A DNA stretch of 64,000 nt, taken from Raillietiella orientalis (lineage: Eukaryota). This document shows, piece by piece, positions 24,401 to 36,400 of the stretch. A model generated the notes under the pieces. That model was not told where the DNA came from, did no database searches, and worked only from the letters and a program-made list of their open reading frames with translations. The stretch lies in NCBI GenBank assembly GCA_036172245.1, contig JAYWIR010000016.1, positions 1,116,001-1,180,000 of the forward strand, in the 5' to 3' direction. The translations under genes were made by a program, and so were the position numbers. The stretch's first letter is position 1, and each line of letters begins with the position of its first letter.

Positions 24401-27400
24401 AGGCGCCCAAACATCATATTAGGACCGATATTCGATGTTTTCAGAACCTTCTGAAGATTCGTTAAGGGTGATGACGCATGGGAGATTAAGACGGAGGTTT
24501 ACGGTTCGCTCGTCATCCACGAGGAGGGGAAGTGATGACGCCTATTCCGTCAAGATGAGAGAACTTCAGTGAAGTTCGAATGGCGTTTTATTCTTCCCTG
24601 GTAGCACCATCTTGCCGCTTGATAGATGTTCCGCCTTGACAGGGCATCCATTGTGCTGAACAGGAAAGTCTTTGGGACATTTGCACCGCATCAGCAGTGT
24701 AATATACTCTGCTCTGCAAGTGCTGCTGTTGGAAATGGTTAACTGGCTCGTCGCCACCCCTAAACTACAGCTCTTCAGCGATGAGCTATCCCCTAGCAAT
24801 TTTTTGAGAGGTTCCCCGATCTTTTTGACTTGTCCATGAAGCATCAAAAGAAAGCTTTGTCGGGGAGCGGAACATATCAGAGTTCCCTCTTTTTTCTAAA
24901 CAGCACCGTGCATCCAACACTCACTCAATGAGTGTTCGCTGAAATCGCGAAGCATTGGTGGCGTTTCATGCCTAGAAAGCACGGTCGAGTGAGACTCAGG
25001 GACACTGTGAACACCAAGCTACAGAATGATGAGCCAAGAAGGAGAGAGACAACAAAAACCGGTGGAGCAAAAAGTGAAACGCAAAGTGTTGCCAGTCCAC
25101 TTGCGAAAAGGACGAACGCCGACGAAACCCCCAAGCTTGGCTTGTAGAAAAGAGGTCGGATCGTTTGAGGAGAGAAGAGGAGAAGAGGTTTTACCCTCAA
25201 AAAGGCATTGGGCGCAGCTTCTGTGGGAAAAGAACCAAGCAAGCTAAAATTCGTACACGAGAACCACAGAAGGTATCATTCGGCAGATAAGACTTTGGGG
25301 AAAGAGAAGTAAAAATTTTTTTCTACTGCTCGGGTGAGTACCTGAGAGAAGGTGCATCTCTGCAACCGTCCAGACGGAATCCGGAACGGTGGGGCTGCTA
25401 GATAATCCTAGAGCCAGACAAAAGGTTACTCTGACTCTGGAAGTTACCTTGCATGCTGCTGGCGACATATTGCGCCAAAGGTGAAGAGCAATCGAGGAAA
25501 TGGGAAGCAGGAGTTTAGAACGCCGGTGATGAGTCTGGTCGCGATATCTTCAGAATCGGCGTCCATTACGAGTGCCATGACGACGATTCTGCTGCCACGC
25601 TGCGAGGGAAAAGGGGCGATCACGCGCCGCAAGACGCATCGTCCTCCCGCGGATTAGAGGAAAGGGTCGCGGGCGAAACTTTCTGAAGGAAGAGATTCCA
25701 CAAGTGAGCACTTGAAAAGCTTCCCGTTATCCGGGGCGCCCGACGTGGATTAGGAGTTTCGCGGACGGATGCAGAAGACTCCCGTGAGCTGTGCAACGTC
25801 GCATCCAATCATCCGAGTAAAAGCGCCGTTTCAGGCAAAACGAATCGCAAATTACATTACTGGCTGCATCCTTTTGCTCGTGACTCAGTTGGCGCAAGAC
25901 AAGTGTCACCAGAGACGGAGGGAGAAGAGGAGGGGAGGAATCTTTACTGCTTCGGGGCTACATCGTGTCGCAGATGTGCTTGTGGTTCCGACATGCAAAG
26001 GTTCGTTTTCCGGAAGTCAGGGTCACTGATGGTTTCCACGATGGTTGATGGCTTCACTTGGGAACCCGGGCCTTTACAAAATCAGATCCCGCCGATTATT
26101 GGATTGAACTCTACCTGTCAAGAAACTCGGGCACCACTGCTACCATGGTTGCAATTCGGTACATCTTTTTACCCGATATCGATGATGCGTGCCCTACGCG
26201 TGGAGCATTGCGTTGGCCAGGGAAGGATGCGGGAGCCAACGTTCCTGCCGGGAACGCTGCCCGCAGAAACCATCAATTCGATAGCAATTTTGTCGGACAG
26301 CGTCACTGAATGCAAGAGCAGAAACGTTTTGTTTTCCCCCATAGCGACCGAGCACTTGCCTGGGAATTCAATTATCTCGGCGAAGCGTCTCAAGTCCTTC
26401 CCTGACAAACGCTTTGCCGGAGAGGCGTAGTAGTGTTTAATTAAGTGCCCTGTGATGCGTAAAACCTATGTAATACCCCATGGGAATAAATTCCATTTAG
26501 TTGGAGGGGGTGGGGAAGGGATGTTCGCAGGTTTCGTATGAGAAATGCATTCTGTAACAGGAAGAAGAGCTGGAAAGGTATCTGGTGTCATGGCTTTCGG
26601 TACCTTCGTCGAGCGAACAAACACTGGCGAACCACTTGCAGAATTTAAGGAAGGAGGAGGCAGTCATGGAAAAAGTCAGACGTCTGACCGAAAAGTGCGT
26701 TCAGAAAATGGAAGAGGATCAGTCTAGATGGACCAATGGGAAGCAACTGGTTTGTTCTTGCAAATTTTATCATCATGATGCATTCTCGTGAGAGCAGTAG
26801 CGCCGGTGCAAATTGCTGAGCTGCTGCTTTGGCGCCGCGTCCCCCAAAGTGCCATTCCCCCCAAACTGCTGCTGCTCTTTTTTTTAATTCGAGTCTCGTC
26901 AGATTATCTCACGAAGGCAAACGCAAGATCGACCGAGGAAGTCTCTTTGCTCTAGGAAACTCTTCAACGTCACACGAGCGAAGTGGAACGCACCCTCTCA
27001 GCCTCTCGGAGTTCTTCGGAAATGTTTACGAAGAAAAAAACCAGCAGTTGTTGTTGTTGTGATTGCGTTTCTTTACTGCGCTGACGACCTGGTGATTCGA
27101 TCGCAGAAAGGATTACGATTTCATCTAAGGACGAACCTCGTTTCGTGTTACGATTCGGAAGCCACGATGAACCTCCGTTGCTTCCTACGTGGATCACTGA
27201 GCAGCGCGCCGAAAAAGTCGCCCAGAATCATAAAGGTCGCGCCTCTTTCCTCCTTCCCCATCTTACGGAAGTCTTCGTGTTCACTGGCGATGGCAAACAC
27301 AAGCGAGAGTTCCCCTTTCCGACCTCGGCGTGTAGTGCTAGATAGGGACAAAGAAAAGGAAACATGCTGCTGGGCTTTCGGATGCGCTCCTAAACAGACC

Positions 27401-30400
27401 TGAAAATCTACCGTCTCATCTCGAGTATCAGCCGAGTTCAGGGCGTTTCAGCGCTAAGAATTCTCGATTCTCAAGCCTTTGGGTGGTGTTTCGGATACTC
27501 AGCGCTGTTCAACGAGATGCTCTTGATCGCAAGCACGGCTTCGCCTGCCATCGAAGTCTGAAGATTAGCTTTTCGCGATGCGAACCCATGCAGCAGCTCC
27601 GATTTTCTCCTTCGTGCGTGCTTGGTTTCCTCTTCCAAGTCCTGTATACTTAATTGTGTACTGTCCTGACCTCGAAGGATCACCGCTGCCCTCAGTGATT
27701 ACCAATGCTTGCTGAAGTACACAATCAATGCCATATCCTTCGCCGAGCACTATCATTATCGAATCAGCAGCATCAATACCTATGAATCCTCGCAACATCC
27801 CATGTCAACATGGAGAATTTCATAATAATGGAGACTCTTGCCACTAAGGTTATTTCACAGTGGAGCGTTGCATTAAAAAGTTTCTAGGCGCGAAGCCGTG
27901 GAATTCAAACTCTTCACTTCAGACCAAGGGTGAGGCAACGAGTGGACGCGCTGAGCCAACATACAGTTCATTTGAAAGTGAAAAAACTTCCATGGTCTCC
28001 TCAAACCTCGAACTGCCACTCTCTCTTTTCCCTCCGTCCTTCCCTCCGTCGTCTTTCCTTCGATGCCCAGTGTCCGTTCTGTTTCCACCAGAAATTCAGC
28101 GATGAGAAGGGAAGCGGAAGACTTTGATGTCAATGAATGCTCAAATGCCAATCGGCATCGTTGTTGATCCTATTTCCCCTCCTCCCTCCTCCATACTGTT
28201 CAGATCTTTGCGGTGCTCTTTCCCACCACGGACTCTTATCTTCTAAAGGAAGCACTCGGAGTTTGAGAGCTTTCCCGCTCAGTTTACTTGGGCGCGCGCA
28301 CATCTTGCCCACTCGCTGGAAAGCTGCCGCTCTATCTGGAAGCATGCAACACACGGTCAGGGCTTCAATATCTGCTGAGAGGTCCGTGAGCGATTCCTGG
28401 AGGCAACAACCGAAATGCACGCTTTTTCATAATGATGCCGACAGGTCAAATCAAGGAGCCATCAAATCTTTCGATGGCACCTCAATCTGGATCAATCTGA
28501 GGGAGAGAGCGCATGTAAGGATGCAGCTCATCTTCGCGTAGAGTCATCCTCAGGATTCAGACTTTTAGAGCCAGCCACACTGCTTGTCGGCAAAGTCCAA
28601 GGAAGAAGGGCAAGGCCGAGCACTGAGAAGTCTTCCGCGGCCACTTCCACGAGCGCAACCAAGCGAAACCGACCGCGGTCCAATGATCTGAATTGGGCGT
28701 TTATCCTTTCAGAGGGAAGATGAGCTGAACGACAGGAAGCGAGAGCTGTCACGGAGGATGGATCGCGAGGTCCAAGATGCTCTCAAGGATTTCTACAGGA
28801 GAACCACCGAAGAGGAGAACCATAGGTCATGCAGCGACATTGTCGCTCAGACACTCGACTGCGCCCTCAGATACGTCGAGCTCCGCGAACACGTTAACAC
28901 GTAAGTAATTGTGCTGATCGGTTTTGGTGCTCAGGGGTCAAGTGCCGAGACGCTCGCTTGCCGTGTTGGTTCGGTCGCGGCGTCCTGACAGGGAGTCCGT
29001 CCCTCGAGGGGTTAGGTTCCTCGTGTTGAGCTCGCTCAGCTACAAACCCGGACCGGTTTTCGCGGTTTTCTATCGGAGACCCCCGATCCGAAAGTGCCTG
29101 GTCTGCTGCCACAGTGGCCCATACTCTTCGTTCCTTCTGCCACAGCTTTTTCGTCTTCAGAACCGACTATGGGACTCCTGGCTTCCCCACCAGGGGCTTC
29201 CTCTGGGGCGGGCGGCTTGGTGAAATGTGCAGTGCTGAAGTGGCTTGCTCGGCTGTTCCCTGCCTCTGTCGGTGGTAGTGGTGGTGGTGGTGTGTGGGTG
29301 AGGTGGTGGTGGTGGGGGAATTGTGTTTACTTCCTTGACGTCGTTGAGATCTCGTCTACTCTCGAATTCTCAACCGCACATTTCAGAAGCAGCAGATCTC
29401 GTCGATCTGGTGCTGGATATGCATATGCGTGTGCGAACTCTTGTTCGAGGTACACTTGATTCGAGGGATACTTTCGAGTGGAGCAGGTTCTTTGCATCGG
29501 AGACCACCCCAGAAATTCTACGAATTTGCTAAGAGTTTCTGTCCTTGGCCGGGCCGTTTTTTCCTGACCACTTTTATTTTTCGTTCCAAGAGCAGCAGCA
29601 CCTGCGCGGGTCACATGTCTGCGCACTGGGCCGGCTTCTTCGAAATAGCCGTTGGAAGGCATTTTGTCCTTTCGTTTCGCTTTTCCCGCTTTGTCTCGAG
29701 TTCCAAAATTCTACCACGATTCCATGCATCACTCGACAACCTCGTTGTTTAGCTGGACTGGAACCATCTGGTCAGATTTAAACAGTTCTTTCCGAAGATC
29801 TGTTTCACTTGTTCTCTCTCTTCCCCTCCCTCTCCCTTCCCCAAAACACGCATGCACGAACGAGCGCGAACCGCGAACGATAGAACGGTCGTGGTTCGGA
29901 CACGAAGTTTCTAGCAACCCCTCCATGATAGGGCGCCGAGGGCAGCGCGCATCAGTTCAGGGTGAGATCGAAGAGAAAAGACGTGGTCGCGTCGGGGTAG
30001 CGAGGAAGGGGGAAGTAGGGGGACAGGCAGGACCAGGAGGGAGCGACCAGAAAGAAACCTGGGACTGCGGAACACTCGAGAAGATCATTCTCTTTTGCTT
30101 TCCTTTGATAGTTCGGAAAGCGCCTCATGGAACTCACCCTTTTTCCTGGAAAGGTCATTCCGTTTATTTTGCTCGCTCGCGGTGAATCTTCGCGCCGGAA
30201 GTCCTTTCGAAGGACCATCTCGGACGCTCGAATTCTACAGAATAGCGACGGGGATCGTTTCGGAGGAAAGCACGGGCGACGAAAAATTTCCAGGGACATC
30301 CTGGAAGATCTGTTCAAAGAGTGGAAGCAGCTCTTCAAGGCCGGCTTCTCCCCTGGAAAGGAGTCCGAATTCTACCCGCTGCTCCTGGAGAAGTACAGAA

Positions 30401-33400
30401 AAGAAAACGCCGAGGTAGATTATTGGTTCCAAGAGTTGGACACGCAGATCGTGTTGGATTATTTGGTGAGGATGAGGGAAGTCGACGCGACCTACTCAAA
30501 ATGACTGATTTTTCAAGACGTTCCGACGTCCTTGGGATATCCATCCCGAACTCAGCTCAGAGTCTCCTAGGCGCCGCAGGTCGGATATAATGCCATTCCT
30601 CTTCGTGATCTCACCCATCCCTTAAAAAACTCTGTAGTGGGCTGATGTCATTCCCCCAGAGCAATGAATGCCTGACCAGATGCATTTCAAGGCTGGTTGA
30701 GTCATACAAAGCATCTCAGAAAGCACCTCCACCTTCTTCTCTGCCTGACTTCTCCTTCAGAGGTCTGTTTTTGGGAGAACCACTGTCCGACAAGAAAGAG
30801 CTCCACAACTGCGTGTCAAAGGGTACCCCGTCCCGCCACCGATACTGCTATCTTGGAGAGTCACGAGGCGACTTTTGTTTTGCAGAAAACTGGCACGTCA
30901 TCAGCGTCAAAAATCTGATACTAAGGGCAATCGACGCGTTTGTTTCTGAGAATGCTGAAAAGGATCTTCAGGACTCATCCACTACCAAAGGTGATCAAGA
31001 AGGTGCGGCTGAAAGCCAGGATCAGAACGCTGAGGTGATGCCACCTCAAGCACGAACTGAATCTATGAATGAATGCCCGTGCTTCAGGGAATCGAAGGCG
31101 GCGTCCATGAAAGCAATCTCTCAAGCGATGAAGAACCCATGAGGCACCTCAGTGACAGCGATGTTGCTTCAAGAAGTACTTTCAGAGACGATTCTTCTCC
31201 AGAAAGCACGACTAGCGAATCTTCAGGAGCCAGAAGCTTTTCCGCCGGCATCGGACACAGATTACTCACGTGCTTGAACTGCGGACAAAAGATAGATGAC
31301 GAAACCATCTGCGAACTGATACTGGAGGCTATAAGGTAGGCGCTCAGGGTCCAGTATAGGGGTTCCAAACGCAGCCTCCCAAAAATCTCTTCAAAGGACG
31401 GTCTTACTCACCTCGCTCGCTTCGTTTCTCTGCACATGCAACGAAAGACAATTCCTAGTTGCTCTTTCACAAGGCGGAACTGACCGACTCTCAAGTTTCA
31501 GACTGAAACAAGGCGGTGTCGTTTAAAGCTATCGCTGGTTCTTAAAAAGAATTGTCAGTTTCGTCCCTCGACTCACGGCAAAGGGTCCTTCGAATGCATC
31601 AAAGAATCGGTTGATTTCCGGGTCGCAAAGATGTCCTGCTTTCTGGATGCAAATCATTTCAAGGCGCCTCCCAGAAGGCAGTTTGTGGATCCTGGATGGA
31701 TATCCGATGACTGTGGGGCAGGCACTGCTGCTCGAAAAAACTCTGGAGAGCTCTTCCCGTGCTCCCCGACCTGGAGATGACGTGGATGGGAAACAGGAAG
31801 TGGAGACGCACCTTCGGCTCTCGACTGACGATACCACCGCGAGCGCTAGACCGGTAAGTTCCGAACTGGTTTGCTTGCAAAGTGGTCACAAAAGATATTT
31901 GAGGGAGCTGGTGTTTTCGGTAGCCTCTTTCAGTCTGAAAGAAGAAAGAAAAAATGAAACAGAGGGAAAAGTCTGCATTCCAAGAACACTTTTCTCACAC
32001 AGATCTCATCTTCTACGAAATGCATCCATTATTCGTTCGGTAGCCATCTCGATTTGTGTTTTCATCAATGCGTTGGTCATCTGCATTGGATTTCCGTGGG
32101 GTCACTGACAGAGAGTTCCCTTTTGACTTTGAATTTGTCCCTGGTCACGCTTCCCATTACGTGTTCCTCATCGGCTTTGATCGCAATCATTTCACAGATC
32201 AAACTTCCAGACCATGTTTGTTTTGATTTTTTTTTTTTTGATTCACAAAGTACTTAATGACGTTCACACCGACCTCGAGGCTTCAGGACATCTTGCGCTT
32301 GACGAGAAACAGAATGGTAGAACGATGGAAGGTACACAATCCGTAGGAGCTGGAATCATCGAGTAAAAGCTTCACGGAGGAACTGAAATGGGAACAAGTT
32401 CATAGGTTCCACGTGGGAGTCGTTCAAGACGTTCCGATAAGGAGAAAAGGTCCGAGTGGAATTCAGCAACGCGCCTTCCAGAAACGTCGGCGCAGAGGCA
32501 AAAAATCCTAGAGCGTGTTGCTTCCGAGCGTCCAGCAGCACAAAAGCACGAGCAACATAAAGCGCACGCCTTTCGTCCTTTGTCTCCTGAAGAATCTGCT
32601 ACAATCCAGAACGAACAGTTCCAGTGGCTGTCATTCTGTGCTACCGGAGGTGATAGAAGGCCTCTAGGGTTCGCATCTATCTGGCCGTGACGAGGAATAA
32701 CCGCAACCCGGATATGCTTAACACCTTGCAGACTTTTATCCACCCCACGGAAAGGTCTGCAAGCTTAACCCAAGGGCTCTGCGTGGACTACACTCTACAT
32801 TAGGGCCTACTTTGCGTGCTTTGTTTCTTTTTGCGCGGACATGTCCCCTTCCTGACCTGAACGGACTTCTCTTCTCTTCTGAAATAACAAGGTGAAAAGG
32901 GAAGAAAAAAGAGAGAGAGAGAGAGAATCCGATAGCTTCATCTGTAGATGGCAGCGGAAGCGCGGTTGAAGTTCTGGAAAGGAAATGCTCTTCTTCCGCA
33001 AGGAAAGCGACAAAAACTGTTCCACAAAGACACATGCTGAAGAAGATAAATGGGTATGCCTGTCTTCTTTTCCAACAAGGAGAGGCAGTCTTCTTGAGGG
33101 AACATGTGGACAGACCTGGAGAGGAGATTCCAATAACCTGGTTCCGTCGGAAACGAGAAAGCGGATGTTACCCACTCGAGGGTCTGCAAGTCTCATCTGC
33201 ACATCTCGAGACCTGCACGTCTCAAGAGTCTCATCTACACTGCTTCATCCTCCAGCATGGAGACCAAGCGAAAGACCTTGAGCTCAGGAGAGCTAAACAT
33301 CTATCGAGACCTATAGAGATCCTTAGATTCCATGCTCAAGAGATCAAACACCGGCAAGTTTGGAAAGCAACTTCATCTCACTGCGAGACCTTCCAATGCG

Positions 33401-36400
33401 CTACTTTCCTTCTCGGACTTTCGGTGGCACAGGTTCTTCCTTGCTGGAAAGAACGCATACAATAGAGCAACCGCATCTGAATGCGAAGCAGCCAAAAAAG
33501 GCTCTTTCACAAAGCTACTCTTTCAGGACCGAACCAGCGAGAACGACGAGGAGTTCTTTCAAGTAGAAGATTCTGGCTCGGAGCAGCAGCAGCACGATTC
33601 GAGTAAACGGCGCGCGACGGGATCGCCCCGTTCGCTTGGCTAGCTGGACTTTTTCAGGGTCCAGTCAGCTGGGACCGTTCCAGTCCGTCCTGTACTCTCT
33701 CGATCTAGAGCCGGAGGAAAAGGCCTTCCAAGCGTCCACCTACTTCGACAGGGTCTTCCTCTATGAGCCGACGACTGACGACGTGCTCGCCGGACATCTG
33801 AGGGACCTCCGGTCTCTCTACGGACGGACGGGAAAGCTCGTCGTCATGGGCGACGGGGAAAGCCTGGAAGATTGGTGAGTAGGGACAGAGCTCCCTCGGT
33901 GGCAAGCTCTTTCCTCGGGAGAAGCTGGAAAAAAATCCGGAGTGCGGTAGCGAGACTCGACGAACCGGAAGAGCAGATCACGGGACCGGATTCCAGATTA
34001 CCCGGGTGAGACAGCAAGCAAAGGGGTGCGCAAATGGTTTCTGGTCTTCGGTTCAGCTCCTTTCCTCCATCGAAACCCTTCATTCGCGAGCTGGACTCCC
34101 CCGCACCGAGTTCGCACTGCGAGTTTCATCCTGGCCTCTAATGGAGAATCCGCTCGCTGGTCACTTCCAGCCAACCTGCTCAAACCCTTTCTTTTCGTCT
34201 TTTGCATTCCGCTCTCTCCTTTCTTTCCGCCCCCTGCGGACACCTACTGTAGGTTGCGCGTGCACAAGGAGTGCACAAGGGTGTCCCCGCTCAGCTTCCG
34301 GAGCTTCATGTCGGGCGGAGGGCCGCGATCCGCCGAAGAGTGGACGTCGGTCACGCTCTTCGGATGTGAGAGGTGGAGGTCTCCTCCCGCATTCGCGCCG
34401 CCATTTTATGCTTCTGCTCGGGTCGAGCCAGGATCCGAACGTGGTGCGTGCGAAGGTGGCAGAAAAAATCGGGCAGCGGCTTAATTGCTCCGAACGGAAA
34501 CCTGTGACCAACGCGGCTGCTTCGTGTCACCGATTGGTCATTTCCAATCGCCATTCCCTACGAGGAACATTACCTATGACATCCGCGTCCCTTACCGAAA
34601 TCAGAGACGATCAGAGTTTCCTCGACGCACATCGGAGGATGCTGAGGAAAATTTTCGCTCAGCAAGAGCTTCGGACGAAATTTCTGTCGGTTGCTATCAA
34701 CTCGCAGGTTGAGAAAGTCTGCGCCTTGATAGTTTGTGCGAAAGGCCACAAGATGACTCGGAGATGGCGATCGATCCCAGCTTCCTGTGCTTTTTTGAGA
34801 GATCCAAGGAACGATAACTCCCTTTCCGTTACCGACTGTTCACCACATTGACTGTGTTCCTGCCAACTGCTGTTCTCTCCGCTATCCAGTTTCCTTGCTT
34901 CGGGAGCTCCCAGAAGCCCGCGTTTTCTCATTGAATGGACACTGCGTGTGTACGCAAAAGCATTCGTGCATGCACCCCACGAGGGGCGCGTTTGGAGGAA
35001 CACCTGTTTTCCGTTTATCCTGGCCCTTCCTGCAGCCTTCCCTGCTGCTGCGAGAAAACACTGCGTTGTGAGGAAACTTCCGATCGTGAGGAAACTCTGC
35101 TTGAAAACACCGTGAAGAACGAAGGAACTTTTGGCGGCAAAACAAAAGCAACCACAAAACGGAGAACTCTTGAGCAGGAGTTGTGTTTCCACGATTTCTG
35201 CAGCCACTTCTCGTGCTGCAAAATGTATCTGGAACTGTGAGATTTGTTTATATGGCTGGGGAGGGAGGGGGGGGGAGGAAGAAGGAGAACATGCGTGGAA
35301 GACCGAGGATCATTCCGAGAGGAAGGACAACCAAAGGCTTACGTGAAGTGGCCATCAAGTCCCGCCCGCTTTGTTCCGAGGACCCGGGTCGATGCGGATC
35401 CGGAAGGTTCACAAATGACGAAGAAATCGCGTGAAATGGGGGCTGGGGGTGCAGCTGCAGCAGCTTCCGCGTTCTGAGCTTCGCACTTCAGGCAATTTCC
35501 GGCGAACAGAGCGCCGCCACTCATCCTGTTCGTGATCTCCAAGCACCACTACCGTCACTCTTCCGCTTTCCGGAGAATTCAGCCTCGAAGCGATGCACGA
35601 AATGCGAGAGCGGCGTGTTGCCAGGTTCCGGGAAAAGTCGTTCTTCGTGTCTAAGAGTGCCCTGCACTCAAAAAGCCTCTCTGAGGAGCGATCCGTGTCT
35701 CTCCGTCCAGTGGACCCGATGCAACTTTTCCGCAGTTCACTCGGCCACTCCAGCAGGCGGACGGCGGTCGAAGGGCTTTCCGAAAGGAAATGTTTGGCAG
35801 CAAGGATGATGTAAAGGAGGAACGAATAAAAGTTTGCTTAAGAGGGACCTCGCAACCAGGAACGGTGTGTCATCCAGCGTCTATGCAGCATCAAATCCCG
35901 AGGAACACACGTTCAGAGAGACCCTGATTCACGAGTGCCGTACAGCGTGAAATTCGGTAGCACAGTAAGGGCCGATGAAAACGCAAAGGAAATGCATGTG
36001 ATGGAGATCTTGAAGAAGTAAATGCGAGAGAAAGAGTGGCTATGGATAACGGAAACTTTGTGTGTATGTATACACATACCTATACGGTCGACACCCGTGT
36101 AACGCGAGGGATACGTGGCGCGCCCTATGGGTTATTATTATATATGGGTGGAATGAGAAGAGTATTTGTAAAAGACATAAGGTGTACATTAAACATTATA
36201 GCAATGGAATGGTCATTAATGCACTTTAGAACGAAAAGGAAAGGAAAAGGAAAAGTGCCTCCTTAGACCTTGGAGCCTGGTTAACCTTAGGGCTTCGTTG
36301 GTATTCAATCCGTTCAAACAATTCAGTAAATTCATCCCTATCGTCCTCGTTGTTGAGAAATGCACCTCCTTGCTCTATTCCATCCACGAAAATTCAAGTA

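Noticed and set aside
8270..35700. Stop-codon reassignment as an explanation for stops in the relics
   Set aside because: All three stop types plus frameshifts and destroyed catalytic motifs occur, while intact genes use the standard code.
36081..36110. TA-CGGTCGACACCCGTGTAACGCG, resembling a pogo/Tigger TIR
   Set aside because: No inverted partner found in the window.
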